Source: Bugula neritina (Eukaryota > Animalia > Bryozoa). Taken from it: a stretch of 64,000 nt of DNA. The position numbers and the translations under genes are program-made. The notes under the pieces are model-generated. The model was not told the origin of the DNA and made no database searches. It saw only the letters and a list, made by a program, of their open reading frames with translations. The number at the start of each line of letters is the position of its first letter. The first letter of the stretch is position 1. Location: NCBI GenBank assembly GCA_964035545.1, contig OZ037770.1:12452642-12516641 (forward strand), in the 5' to 3' direction. Positions 30,400 to 53,916 of this stretch are shown piece after piece.

Positions 30400-32210
30400 C
30401 TATAAATTGCAAGGCAAACACTTTATACTAATAGACTTTAACTAGTTGTATGCGTGTATTTAAATGCATGCTGTTTGTTGTTGAAGACCAAACCATAGTT
30501 TTTATTTTTCAAATCTTTATATAAAATAGATAATTTGTAATACTTGATAGAATATATTATATAATTATATATGTATATATGCTATTTTTACAAATTTTTA
30601 TTACTACTTCGTTTATATTAAAGCAAAGTAAACTATATAGAAGTTCAAATACAATAGCAATCATTTTCAAACTCTGAAGATGGATACAGCATATAGTAAA
30701 TATTAGTTAGGTAAGCTTGTCTGAATATAAATAAAGTATTATTTATATTGAATAAGAGATATGAGATGTAGTAAATTACTGCCATCATTGTATAAGTGGA
30801 AAAGCAGCTTCAAACATGCAAGTTAAAATAATACTATATATATTTGCTATCTTATTAAATAAATACAATTAATAAAATTAATTCTATAACCTTCCAACAA
30901 TAAGATGCTTTTTTATTTTATATAACAAATAACACAATTTGTCCATATTCATTAGAAAATTGACGAAACAGATATTTGAAACTGGAATGCACATTAATTG
31001 AATGTGAAACAATTTTTGCTCTTCATGACAAGCTCTATTAGGGATCATCATCAATGCCTCTCTTTAGTTTGACTGAAAGTAAGTGAGATTCTTATAGCGT
31101 AAAAAGAGTTTGCATCGGTGATACTTTCAAGGAAAATTTCTGTTTCCATTAAAGATTATATATCAAACTGAAACTAATAATAAAAACAGACACATGGACA
31201 AGAACGCCCATAGCTTTCAGCCAACCAGGAGCCTTATTACTAGAACCTGGGTCTATGGTAATTGGCACAGAAGATGAGATAAACTATCAATTGAAACATA
31301 CAAAGCTAGTTTATATACCATTATTAAAAATGATTAAACGTCAAACTTGTTATATATTAATCTATATTAGATTTTAGGAAAATTATTAGTTCTAAATGAG
31401 GATACAATATAGAACATGAAACCACATCAGAATAATATACTATCATTGTCATTAGATAAACTGTCAGATATTTGAATATCATAATCAGTTTTCTCCGTGT
31501 AACTCACAACTCCACAGGTAGAAATTATTGGCAATAATAAAATAATTACCAAATATTTTGGTATTTTAGAAAAAATGATGCAATACATTAAACTAAAACA
31601 AAATAGAACTCACACGAATAAAGTATAATTGAAAAATCACCTCAAAAATTGGCAACTAAAATATATGGCGAACATTAATATGGCAACTAAGTAAAATATT
31701 TCTAGTGATACTATATAAGAAATTGTTTATTAGTTACATGCACTATATATATATGTACTGTATATTAGTTACATGCACTATATATATGTACTGTATATTA
31801 GTGATATGTATTATGTATATGTACTGTATATTAGTGATATGTATTATATATATGTACTGCATAGCACAGGGCATATAAAATACATTGTTTGATTATAGAT
31901 TGGGTATTGAATCTGACATATTATAAATATATATTATTATATTATCAATAAAACAGCCAGACGACAAGTCAGAGCTGAATAAAGTTTACTAATTATCATC
32001 ATACTGCTTATAGAATATAGTTTATAATATCTTTAACTTGAAAGAAATTTTTTCAGTCTCTTTTTCAAAAATTTCTACCTGCAGAGTTTGTGTATATTAT
32101 GTGAACAACTCCAATGACGGGAATACATGTGACCAATCATACGCTGCCACACGCAGCACAGTCACCGGCAGCTAATCCCACAATACACACCCAGTGAGTT
32201 ACACGGAGAT

Positions 32211-35200
32211 CTAATTGATGTAAAACTTAAAGGTTCCTGTCAGAGGCGCCCCGCAGTTGAAGTAAGGACACTTAGACTTGTAGTGCTTGTTGACGTTAGT
32301 CCTCGTCTTTTCCTCCTTGCTGCATCTGTCACAGTAAATCACATGACCACACGGCAAGCCAATCTGGGTCGCCTGCAACAAAGGTCAAGTACAGTTGAGA
32401 GTACAGACAGACACACAGACAGACACACACAGACAGACACACAGACAGACAGACACAGACAGACACACAGACAGACAGACACACAGACATTCACACACAG
32501 ACAGACACACAGACAGACACAAGACAACTAGCCACACACATTCACAGAAGAACATAATATTATATAAAGAGTATAACATTGTATTATCTAGTAACACAGT
32601 ACACAAGAGAAGACAACTATAAAGAGAGTCTACTTACCGTTTCTACAATATTAGCCTTTCTGAAACACATTATACAGCTAGCAGGTGGACACTTCCTGTT
32701 GGATGTAGCATCTAGTAGTCCTGAGTATGCTCCATCAGTCTCTGAAGTATCAACAGAAGAGTAGATATACTGTGTTTAAAAGAGAGGTCAAAGGTGAATA
32801 TTGACTGGTAATGAGAATTTAGGCTATGGTAAGTCTCATGTAAATACCACCTTTGAACCACCATCTGGACTCTTTATAGGTGACAAGTTACACAGGAATA
32901 AAAACATTTAAAAGCTTAAATATTTTGGCTGAGGCTAATAGATGGTCAAACAGACTTATACATCTTTCAATTGAAATTTGAGAAGTGACGAAAGTTATTA
33001 CTGCAATTACTTCTAAATACTTATTGCTGGTCAACACTTAACTGCAGTGTTTTAAGACAGCCAGTTTGATAGAAGGATATGAGATTGGAGAGAGAGAAAA
33101 GTTAATATTTTCTAAACTTCTCAAAGTGTGAATACAAATGCTAAAAGAACTCCTGACACACTTTATTTATGCAGTAATAAAATATTTATATATATCTTAT
33201 ATAGCATCTACAAAATGCATGATGTTGTATGTTCAAACAATTTATACGAATATATATTAGCATAATATATATTATTGGCATCAACATACTAATAATAAAT
33301 ATTATTTACAAAATGGTTGAGGGTTGTACGCTCAGTCATGTTTGTTATGTAATCAATTCTGTGTTCATGCTGATTATGTTATGTTTTTCCAAATATTTAC
33401 TCCAAGTCGGAACTTAATTAAAGTTGACAGCAGTGCTCCTACGAAAAAGTTGCAGCAATTTTAATAAATTATAATTACAACCAGTCTAGTATGCTGAAAC
33501 TTTTCCGACAATATCCTGAAACTATAAGAACTGGAGAGAACAAATTTTATAATTTTACATTGACAAAACTCTAAATTAGCTTAAACTGTCATAGCATTAT
33601 GATGTTGATATTGTTGCCATGGCAACAGAAAAATATGTTTCAAGTTTTGATGAGACACTGGAGAGAAAGAACTAAATATCTATTAGTTGTAAAAACTGTG
33701 AAGAAGCAAACTACGGTATGCACATATTCACAGGCTTTGCCTGCCTAAAATATGTTACAGGGTAAAATAACCATAACTATAAAGATGCGTTTTTTTAAAA
33801 AAATTCAATTTGCAGGAGTTGAAAACTTCATGGAGTTGCAGTGCATTGCAATAGTCACTCGTCAAAACTTTTGACTGGTGATTTTTTAAACATGGGTTTC
33901 AGAAAAATCGACCAAAGGGAATGATAACTCCTTGTAGATATAATTGCATTTTCAAAGGACATCAAATAGTGAGTCATATTTACTAATAGAAAGCGAGCTT
34001 CTGCATAAATATGACTTCACAGAGTTTCGGTAAGACTGTAAAGGGATACGCTGACGAGTGTTATTAGCTAAAACTTGGTACTTTTTTTCAGAAAAAATTA
34101 CAAACACAACTTGGTTACAAGCTCAAGTACATTGGGCCATTTGAATTGGGACTGCAGCTATACAAAACAGAGGACTAAAACTGTAGTCCTGAGAGAATTC
34201 ATACCAGGAGAACTAATTCAATATAAAAGCCAAATGCTTACAGCTAATCTACCTGAAATAAAAGCCAAATGTGTAAGTATATACTTGTACATACCTTGAA
34301 ATCAAAACATTTAGTATTTACTTACATATATCTCAACAAAAAGATTTTGTCTAAAACAGATGAGTAATTATGTAACACAGATGAATAGGCATGTGCATGT
34401 AGGATTTCTAAACCCAATTAGCTTGGATAGGCTTGATGAAGTATACAATGACATATACACCTAGTATAAAGGAGAGAGTAATAGAAATGAGTAAGTATAC
34501 AGTAACAAATATACACCTAGTTTAAAAGAGTAAGTGCACACTTACGCATCTCTCCACTGCGATATCTTCTTGCATCTTCTTCAGGCACAGAGACAGGCTG
34601 GTTGGTTAATTTACCCGCTGCACCAGCTGGCATGACAGAATAGTCCATGGAGTCATCTCCCTACAGCAGACATAGTAGTAGGTTTATTATCTGTCTTACA
34701 GGGAGAGCTTACAGATATCTAGTAGATATTATATTAGTATGTAATATAACACAACTGTACTGTAATATAACACAACTGTACTGTAATATAACACAGTTGT
34801 ACTGTAATATAACACAACTGTACTGTAATATAACACAGTTGTCTTCTCTTCACATCACTGGAGGTGACATACTTCTTGGAAACCCGAATCAGGCTCGTCC
34901 AGGTTGTAAATAGCATCTAGAAAAGCTTCAGGCTCAGAAAATCTCCTGCCATTCCTTCTAACAGCTTCTTTTATTACAGTCTCACTGTGTCCCATCTTAA
35001 TGCAGAACTCAACCATGGCTAAGAGATTAAATACATACCCGTAACAACTCAGCATGTCGGTTAAGGTACTGAGGCCGTGAATGTAATAATGAAAAATACA
35101 TTTTAGTTTAATATTAAAACCAAAACAAAAACTAACGCACCATTATGGTCTTTTCTTCTTAATAACAGTTAATGTACAATTTATCTGTTATTAAATTGAA

Positions 35201-38200
35201 TCTCAAAACAAAAATCAAGAACTGCTAAAATAATTATTTTTATACCATTTTAGTATAAATGAATAAAATCTAGGAGAATTTATGAGAAGATAACTGCAAA
35301 GTATTATTGAACCATCTATCAATTGTTACTCGACACTTTACAGCATTCCTAAGTCTCTTCTATGCTTACTCTCACACCGAGTGCATTTGAAAATAATCAG
35401 CCCAGACACTATTGTAAAGGTAGAGTAGCAGTTCGTACCTTGGTAGTTACTCTGGCTCTGCTTAGCCTCCTTTTCTTGTCTCTTCTGTGATTCTGTAGAT
35501 CTGGTACACTGCAAAAAGAACCCGGATGTATAATGAGTCACTGAAATGGCGAATCACTGAAATAGTAGGCCCCACCCCTACCACTGAGTGACATGATTTT
35601 AGTCGCCAAAATTGAACAGATACACTGCAACTAGCAAAGAATTTAAACTTAGACAATGTGTAGCTGATTTACAAGAATAGGGGATGTGAGTTTATACTCA
35701 TAAATTTATAATTATATAATCTCTGAAGGAAAACAAATATGGCGGAAAGCTTGGCATATGAGCTGTACTTTAGTAGCTAAACGTAAAATAATGTTCAAAC
35801 AAGTAGGTAGTATTACTGGAGAAAACCAACTGGAGCAATGAGAAAATTTGGATACTTAAGTGAAAGTTACGTGAGCAATAAGCTAAAGTTTTCAAACTAG
35901 ACTAAAAACAAAAACCTGCATAAACAAAAGCATTCAAAAGCTACACAATCTCTTTCCAACAGTTGGAAGTGAATTTACTAAAAATCTACCAGTTACAGCT
36001 AATGGGTCAGGCAACTCCAACTTATGCAATCACTGTTGCACAATCAACAGAATAGTTATATAAGCAGCTCTGAGTTGGGGTGACTGAGTGCAGTGGTTTG
36101 AAGTTCTTAAGATTGAAATTGAAGGATTTAATTTCAACTTGAAATTTCAGCAGCTCAAACTATTGCACTGAGTCACCCCAACTCAGAGTAGCTTATAGAA
36201 CAATTCCAATCAACAAGCCTGTTAGTTGGGACATCTGATCAATGCCCTGCATTACCGAAACAAATCCAAGGAACTGAGCTGCTCTTGCATGGACAGTATT
36301 TAAGGTGACTAAAATGAGCACCTTCACAAAGTGAGTGTAAATAATTGCTAGGAAGGCAACTGGGGTGAACAGTGTCTACATTTTCTACTGTCAAAGATAA
36401 ATATATCACAAGTTTCAATTTGTGACAAGATGTCATTACAAATAGGTCAAGGTCCTAAGAGGAAGTCAAATGAAAAACTGATCTCAAATTTTCCATCAAC
36501 TTGAAATCAATTATCATCAACATAATAAAAGTATTAACTTGACGCTGTAATGTTGATGACACACTGGTTAGGCAGTTTGTCTGCTTATGCAGTTTGTATA
36601 GTACAGTTTTGAGGTCATAGATGAACCAGAAGTTCCAGCTCCTACATCTCTTTCATGGCTGGTACAATAATTCATCCGAAAGAAAATGTCATCTTGAAAA
36701 ATACCAAATGAAAAAAAAATTGATTTAAGCAATAACAGAACCAATTAATTTTATGATGCTGCAAGACATATTATATAATTATAGGCAGCGTAGCACCTGA
36801 CAATTTTAAAACAGAAGATCCAACAACTTCTATGAAATACACGATATATCCCAGTCGATAAACTACTCTATATAATTCTCAACTGATTAGCATGAAGACT
36901 GCCTATTGGAGGATTAACTGGTGTTTATACCTTAGATTATTACCTTGAATGTGATGGCTCAACTCACTACAAATATGTAAATTTATTGCAACAATTCACT
37001 CAGTTTAATTTATGCAGTTTCACTTTAACATTATGCAATCATGTGAAAGCAGCATGAAAAGCTGCATGGAAAATACCAAATGATAAAGGTGGTAAGTAAA
37101 TAAGTTGTATTGAGTTTGTTAAGAAGACAAATTCATAAGGTCAATAAACTTATTCATTTATATCATTATAGATATCAAATTACAGGTTCCATGAGTCAAC
37201 CAAAAAATTCCAGCTTTAGTTAAGTGGAACAACCTAACAATATCTCATCAACTTTATCAATAGCTAAATTGTATAACACTATACACTTCACAGCATAGCA
37301 AAATATTATCAGAGTAGTATTTGTCACTGCTTTAGAGCAACAAGCTACCCACTTTGGTCATTGTTTGTCATAAAGACTGAAAATCCACATTAGGTGATCA
37401 CATGAAGTGAATTGCACTGTGATAAAGCAGGAAACAGGGGAAAGTAACACAGAAAAACCTAAACCCATCGAGTCACCCAACAAATTAAAGTTACCTTCTT
37501 GTTAGCTGGGGTTCTGTTATGAACCTCGGTGACATAATCTTCACCTTTCTGTTGCAGGAGGAAAGAACATTCTGGAAACCACCTGAAATAGAATATATTA
37601 TATAAAGTAACTAAAAAAGAATATTTTTATTAATTAAACTATTCATCTCTAAAATAGCTTTCAATTGGACTCGGCTAAGAAACATTTTCTTTAACAAAAT
37701 GTCTGTAGGCGAATATTATTGACTGAAATTTTAGCCTAAACATTGCGATTGTTCAAGACCGTGCCGATGACAGCTATTTGCTAAGCGCTGCCAAAAATCA
37801 ACATGAACAATTTGTCATAAACTGCAATGGTTTATAACAAAGAGTATATTAGGGGCAAATCAAACTAAATCTTTATCTTTAGAGCTACTTCTGTAGATTC
37901 TTCTTATAGAAATAGCAGACAAATATTCAACCACCAATCAAAAGCAAGACCTAACCATAAATGAAAATGGTGACTGCCACCAATACCATGAAGGGAAGTA
38001 GCAGAAGATAATCAAGTAAACTTATCTAATCAGTGAGACTAAAATCGCAGGCATGACACCCACTGTCAGTCACACGGTTATCAAATGACTGATTCATTCA
38101 CTGAGTGTATTATAACTAATACTGAGATAGTCACTGGTGACTCACTCACTCACTCACTCACTCACTCACTCACTCACTCACTGACTCACTCACTGACTCA

Positions 38201-40575
38201 CCCACCCACCTACCCACTCACTCACTCGGTCACTACATAACTGACACTGGATACTATAACTTAGTAACTCACCTGGCATGCTCCTCCCAAGGGTCATCAG
38301 ACGTCTGCCAACTCCTCAAACCACCAGAACAGTAGAAACATCTGACTTGATCATCAAACCCAGTGAAGTAGAAACCTGAATACAATAATATAGTTGTATA
38401 CACTGGAGATTTAATCACATGTTTTACCAAGACTCAACGCAAAGTAATTCTCAATATACCTGCTTCACAGAGTGCCCTAGCTGTAACTGGAGAGCTCGCT
38501 GGCCATCTAGCATAAGTTCTGAGACGGCTAGCCTCAGGTGCGTACTGAATTGTATCAGCTCTGTTGGTAGATATGCCCAGAGAACGGCTGTCAGTGGAAA
38601 CACTTCCATCTCGGTTTTTCTTCATTTCTAAATTAGTTTGGGTTGGAAAGAAAAATTAACTTACATCTAGAGGATTGATCATTTATTTTTCCTGGTTATT
38701 GAAGAAACATGTTTTGCATGGTGAATGTTGAAGGTTTAGTGTTAAAAACACATTCAAATGATGCAAATATTACTAGACGTGTTACACAACTCATACAAAA
38801 ATCATCTATTATTGTTGCTAATTACAGTCTTAAATTTTACTTCAATATTGAAGAGTATAGAAAAGTATCTTTGGTAATTAGGAGAAATCGCATTCCTTAA
38901 TTTTAAAACACATTCAAGATTATTTTTACAAAAAAATACTTCTAATACCTGGTGGGTCTCCATAGAAGTTGATGTTCTTCAGTTCATCAGCGGTGAGAAC
39001 GTCACTCTTGTACTCTCTGTTACCACATTCCAGTCCTTTGACAAATCGGCAGAAGTTGAAGGAGCGAGCATGCTCAGTCATTGGGTTGTCGTCTCGCTCC
39101 CAGTGATGGAGACTTCCCCGGCAGAATACACACTGCACTCTGTCGTAGTTGTCTGTACAAACAGAATAATAGAAACATTTCTAACTAAGTGAAGGTATCA
39201 TGAAAGTCAAAGAAAACATGGAAAAATAAACCAAGTAAGTTCCTCACGCATTGTGAAACCCACCAACACAATAAAAGCCGGCCTGAGCCAATTTCACGCC
39301 AGAAAGGTTGTTAGTATGAGGCCAGTTAACAAGGAAACTCTTTCTTCTTTGTCTCTCATCCACCATCAGTGATTCTCTTTCTTCCAGAGTCAACTCTTTC
39401 AGTACGTATGTTAGAAACTCTCTTGGAGCCATTTCATCTACAGTAGCAGTACCATATCTAACTGCATTATTATACAATATATTTATCACTAGCTATCTAG
39501 TTCCCTTCACCTAGTTATGATAACATGGCCAATAAACAGTTACCTGTACAACTAACACAGATGATAAATGAAACACAGCCATTAATAAAGAATTAATTTA
39601 TTTTATTTTTATTCCCATTTCAACTGGAAGAAAACCAAATCTCATGATAGAATGTTAGCTCACCGAGCTTTTTCTGCAGAGCAAGAGGTAGCAGAGGATT
39701 GTGGTTATCAGGATAGCGTGGGATCGTGTAACATAATATCTCAGTAGGTGGGGGTCTCAGATATCTGTAGTCTGAGTTTAGTCCTTTAAGGACTTCTTGA
39801 AGCTCATCCGTATCGTGTGCGAGACCAGAGCCTGAAAATTGATTTATTTGATGAAATACGTATATTTACTCTTTACAAAGTTAGACATTATCACACAAGT
39901 ATATCGCTCTCAGTCTAAACACCAAATTCTTTTAGCAAAATGTCAACTCACCAACAGCTTTTCCTTCAAAGGCAGAGTTATAACATGGAAGCTGAAAGAG
40001 TCTGTCTAAGTCACTAGAGTACCCGAATTTGCGCGAGAAGTTTTGCCAGTCTGTCCAAAAACATACAACAAAATGTCAAAAAAGACCTTAAAATAGGGTC
40101 ACAGTTCAATGCTTCATATATGAGGAAAAGTTCTATAGTATATGCCCATCTCAATTCTATGCATGCATCTAATATTACTTAACTTTACCTGCAGATTCGT
40201 GGCGAGTAAAATGTTCCTATAAAAACAAAAAGCTTAATATGAAGAAAGTATGTGATATAATGTTAGAATTTATTTAATATGATTTGAAATTTGTGCAAAC
40301 TTTTCTAATTAATGTTTGAAGCAGAAAAACTAGTCGAAGAAACGACTAGCATAACTTTCAAATAGAGACATTTGGTAATACACTTGAGTTAGTGCTTTCA
40401 GCTGTTGTACAAAAGAGGCAAGTAAAAGATATTTCTTTTTTGACGGAAGAAAAAAAAGTATGATGAAATAATTCTGATACCTTTGATTCATCACGTGCTG
40501 CAGGCAGATTTTTGGGGTGTTTGTTCGAGGTTTCTGGAGTATCTAGTGCATTTGATATTCTTGGAGAATAAGTAG
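32211..40575 (-). CDS. Inhibitor of apoptosis (IAP) protein, C-terminal part: BIR-BIR-UBA-RING
   Basis: Exons 40575-40481, 40216-40189, 40050-39952, 39831-39664, 39461-39264, 39152-38949, 38627-38460, 38375-38273, 37582-37495, 35508-35439, 35018-34873, 34660-34546, 32741-32638, 32372-32211, all phase-compatible. BIR1 [32 protein letters not shown]; BIR2 [46 protein letters not shown]; UBA-like IKMGHS..VIKEAV; [25 protein letters not shown] ending TFKFYIN*. Confidence 0.93.
32404..32520. repeat. (CAGA/CA)n compound microsatellite in last IAP intron
   Basis: Direct observation. Confidence 0.9.
34740..34842. repeat. Five copies of a 21-bp unit (TGTAATATAACACAACTGTAC) in an IAP intron
   Basis: Direct observation. 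Confidence 0.9.
36050..36207. repeat. Intronic inverted repeat / MITE-like hairpin
   Basis: CTCTGAGTTGGGGTGACTGAGTGCA ... TGCACTGAGTCACCCCAACTCAGAG. Confidence 0.8.
38140..38226. repeat. (ACTC)n microsatellite
   Basis: Direct observation. Confidence 0.9.
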
Positions 40576-40962
40576 CTGAAAAATTGTCAATTTGTGTAAC
40601 CTTGGAAAAGCCAAAAATCAATTAAAAACATTACATTTGTTATATCAAATGCAATAACAAATCTTCTCACTACATGCTAATAGAATAGAAGTACATATAG
40701 TGGTGAAACTTTACTCTGGCATAAAGTAGCATGAACTGGGGCATGCTTCAGGTAACAAAATCATCATAAGCAGTCTGTTGGGGGCGATGATGATGATAGT
40801 TCGAGTTCATAGACCTGTGTGCAACAGCTGGTGCCGGCTTAGTTTGAAATAAACTAGTCTTTGTGTTTTTCTCAGAATACACAAGACTAAATTATGACAG
40901 GCAATGACAAGCCAAGATGAGTTATGACTCATTGTTCAGCAAACCCGTTTGCCAACCAATAA

Positions 40963-41360
40963 GCGTAGGGCCACACTGTTAAGCCCAAAAATGGGACGTT
41001 GTGTGCGAGAATTTCATGTGTCTAACATGCTGAGCGAGAAGTGCGGAAACCTTGTGCGTGTTTGATCTAATTAGCTTATTATCATTTAGCGAGCACACTT
41101 TTTTATTTTAATTCATGTTTTAGCTTTTATTGAACTGCATAAAAACAGTTTCATATAATTTGCATTTCCGCTTTTATAATAATTATCTAAAGTCACTTTG
41201 CCGATAACGTAGTTATAAACAAAAGTCTGTAGGCGAGCAGTAAAGTTTAACGCTAACATCATTAGCTAAAAAACTTTTGCACTCGCAACACACGAACTGT
41301 GCGTGGTACAGGTTTTCGCACACGTCATGAGCGTGTAAAAAGCGTAGTGTGGCCCTACGC
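40963..41360. mobile_element. PIF/Harbinger-type MITE
   Basis: Perfect 15-bp TIR GCGTAGGGCCACACT and 3-bp TAA TSD on both sides. Confidence 0.8.
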
Positions 41361-42289
41361 TAAGTGGTGATAGACCAAAAAAACTGGCTTGGCAAACAAG
41401 TTTATTGGCTTCTGCCTTCAAAGGTGTAGCATATACCTTTGAATAAATAATGAAAAGATGTTGAATAACCAATTTGAGCAGCAAATACTCAAAAACAATA
41501 GTCTTTACTGATGCTCTTAAACTATACAATTGGGATCTTAATATAATGGCTTTGAAAATATCAAAAGAAATTACAGAAAAGGCTTTTCTTCTTTGCCAAT
41601 AAAACACTAAGAAACATAATATAATAGCAACTTACTAAATATTTTCGTAGCCTATACAAAAGAAATACCAGCAAAGAGTACCAATAAAACTTTGAGTTTT
41701 TCAGAGGCACAGTTCAACTATAGATCAAAAAATTACTTATAACATAGCAGATAACTTAAGCATCTTTAAATTTACTTTTTTTGTATGATTACAGAGCTTG
41801 AGACCAGCAACCACGTATAATCTAAGGGAAGACAAAAAGGTTCTGTCAGAAATAATTATATGGTATCATTTAACTACAAAAATGGGCTGACTGATAAGAC
41901 TATAATATGACCTCTTGTCATGGAGTTCATATTCATAAGTCATATATTTTACATATATAGACACACAGACAGACAGATTTAGTAAATCTGAAGCTCCACA
42001 AAGTTTTACATATAAAATTAGTAGCCTTATTTGAACTGTTTAACAATTTTTTTATTCACTTTTTTCAATTTATAGGCAATAATGTCCCTTAAAAAATTAC
42101 GCTATAAAAAGTAGGATAGGAAAAGATGGGGTGACTTTTAATGAAAAGTGGGGATATTTTTAAAGATGGGAGAAAAAAGTGAAATAGCCTATGCATTTAA
42201 GCAGGCTTTGGAAAGCTACCCACTATTTTCTATTAACAGATATCAACATTAGTAAAATAACAATTTGTTTAGACATCAAATAAACTTAC

Positions 42290-51105
<8,816 letters not shown>

Positions 51106-51427
51106 CTAGATAAAATAAAATTGAGAATTGTAAGAAAAATTCAATGTATATTTCCAGTTTTAGAAATAGTCATAGCAGGGTAACATGTTTAATAAGGCTA
51201 AGTTATAGTTGACACTGGAAGATTATCCAGAAAATAACATCATATGTTTTATATAAATGGCAGTAGACTAGAGGGATTAATACAAAACTAGCAGTGAGGT
51301 CTTATAGTTTAAGGATACATAGTGCAAATATTTCTCAACACATTTTATATTCATAGATGTGAGAAAATTAGACCCCTTGTATTCATAAATTTTATAACAA
51401 ATTAATACTTATATATTTAAAATGATC

Positions 51428-53916
51428 ATCATCATTAGCTGTCCTTCGTGTCCGAAGATGACTTCCGGTGAATCATGGTCCTCCATTTACATCTGTCTTT
51501 GATGAGAGATTGCCAGCTACCAATAGGGATCTTCAGGTCTTTTAGATTGCGTTTAACGGTATCTTTGAATCTCAGTCGCGGCCTGCCAACACCACGGGTG
51601 CCTTCTTTCAGTTGTGAATAGAGAATTTGTTTAGGTAATCTAGAGTTATCCATTCGATGCACATGACCAGCCCATCTCAGGTTTTTTTGAATGAGTAGTT
51701 CATACATGCTGGGTAGATTTGCCTGTGCTAGAGTCTCCTCATTCGAGATGAAATCCCACCACTTCACGTTCAAGATCTGGCGTAGATGTCTCATCATATA
51801 GGTGTTGAATTTGTGAGCGGCTATCCTGTATACAGGCCAGGCCTCCGCTCCATAGAGCAGAGAGGACAGGACAATGGCTCTGTACACTGTACACTTGGTC
51901 TTGAATGACAGATCCTTATTGTACCACACTTTGGTCTTTAGTCTGCCGAATGAGATTGAAGCATTGGACATCCTTGTATGAATCTCTTCATCCATCTTGT
52001 TGTTGCACATCACTGTAGACCCAAGATATTTAAACTTATTGACGCTGGCAAGGTCTTCATTATCTATGCAGATACTGTCACCACTGTCATGGGCTTCAGG
52101 TGCCGGTTGGTAGAGCGTTTTTGTTTTCTTGATATTGATCTTCAGACCAAAAGCTTTGGAAGCTCTGGCGAATTTGTCGACTAATTCCTGTGCATCGCCA
52201 TGGCTGTGTGCAACGAAGGCAGTGTCGTCAGCAAACATGAGTTCTCCAACCAATACTTTCTGTGTTCTTGTTGTTGACTTGTATTGGTTCACATTGAACA
52301 GATCAGCTCCAGGTCTACTTTGAATCCAGACGCCTTTATCACAGTTTTCAAATGCGTGCTGTAGAACAGCCGATAAGAAAATAGAGAATAGCGTTGGAGC
52401 TAACACACATCCTTGTTTCACACCATTGTTGACCTGGAACGACTCAGATAACTCCTCCTTCAGCTTGACTGAGGCCTTCATGCCAGTATGGAGAGCGCTG
52501 ATAAGATTGGTGAAGTGACTGGGAAAACCGAGTTTCTGTAAGATCTTCCACAGGGTCGCCCGATCAACAGTATCGAACGCTTTGGTGAAGTCAATGAAGA
52601 CCATGTACAGGGGCATATTTTGCTCGATGCATTTTTCCTGTATCTGCATCAGTGCAAATATCATGTCTGCTGTTCCCCTTCCACTACGGAATCCACACTG
52701 AGTTTCGGGTAGGAAGTTTTCTGCATATGATGTCAGTCTATTTAGAAGGACACGAGCAAAAACTTTACCGGGAATTGAGAGCAGGGAGATACCTCTGTAG
52801 TTACCGCACAGCTTCCGATCACCTTTTTTGAAGATGGTTATAAGTTGGGCATCTTTCCAATCTTGAGGGACTACAGCAGTTTTCCATGCCTCCTTTATTA
52901 TCTCATGGAGAGTACTTTTTAGTTTGGGCCCTCCCCTTTTGATAACCTCAGGGTGAATGCCATCAGAGCCAGGTGATTTCCCTTCACTTAGCATCGAAGT
53001 TGCCTTGATGATCTCTTCAATATCTGGGCAATCGTCCATCCAGTCCTGAATGGGAGCTTGTCTCAGGTTCTCAATGATGTTGTCATCAATATCTAGAGTC
53101 TCGTTTAGTAGCTTGCTGAAATGCTCTGTCCATCTCGCTAAAAGATCTTGTTTTTCTGTCAGGAGTGTTGAGCTGTCACTGGCCAGGAGCTGGTCAGGAT
53201 GACTCACTCTTGGACCCCAAACAGTTTTCGTGCTTTGGTAAAAGCCTTTCATGTCGTTAGTGTCAGCAAACCGTTGCAGTTCAGCAGCTTTTGCCAACCA
53301 CCAGTCGTTCTTGAGCTCCCTGCATCTTCCTGTGAGTTTTCTGCCAGCCATTCTAAGCTTTGACTTGTTCGAGCGAGTATTCCTGGTTAACATGTCTGCT
53401 CTGGCCTTGTTTCTCTTCTGGATGAGTTCTTGAAGCTCATTATTATTCTCGTCAAACCAGTCCTCATGCTTCCTGCTGACAGTGCCGAGGTGCACTTTTG
53501 ACTCTGCATAAACGATCTCTTTGAATGCTCTCCACTTACTCTCCACGCCCTCTGGAGCAGAGTTCAGTTTCCCAGCAAGGGACTTTTCCAGTTCTTGTCT
53601 TACTTCCTCATTCTTAAGTCGAGAAACGTCCAGCTTCTGGCAAGGTGTTCTCCCTTTCTTCATTTTTCTCCTCACTCTGAGCTTAGCTTTTGACCTGATC
53701 ATGATGTGGTCAGTACTGCAATTCGCCCCTCTCATCGCCCTTGTGTCCAGAATGTCTGGTAGATCACGTTGTCGTGTGATAACAAAGTCGATGAGATGCC
53801 AGTTCTTGCTTCTCGGGTGCATCCAAGAAAACTTGTGAGCTGGTTTATGCTTGAAAAAGGTGTTGGTAATGCACAGTTGATGTTCACTACAGACTGAGAT
53901 CAGAAGTTCACCATTG
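51428..53916 (-). mobile_element. 5'-truncated RTE-type LINE (C-terminal APE endonuclease + full RT)
   Basis: Uninterrupted ORF of over 820 aa: TNTFF..SWMHP..LIDFVI..STDH (APE); NYRGISLL, QCGFR, FIDFTKAFD, GVKQG, FADD, KYLG (RT); LRWAGHV..GRPR tail typical of RTE; short (TGA)n tail right after the stop. Confidence 0.93.

Noticed and set aside
32742-32769. Upstream acceptor at 32769 for the penultimate IAP exon
   Set aside because: Phase 0 conflicts with the phase-1 donor at 34546; 32741 fits.
33415-34160. Possible TTAA-flanked DNA transposon in an IAP intron
   Set aside because: No convincing matching terminal inverted repeat.
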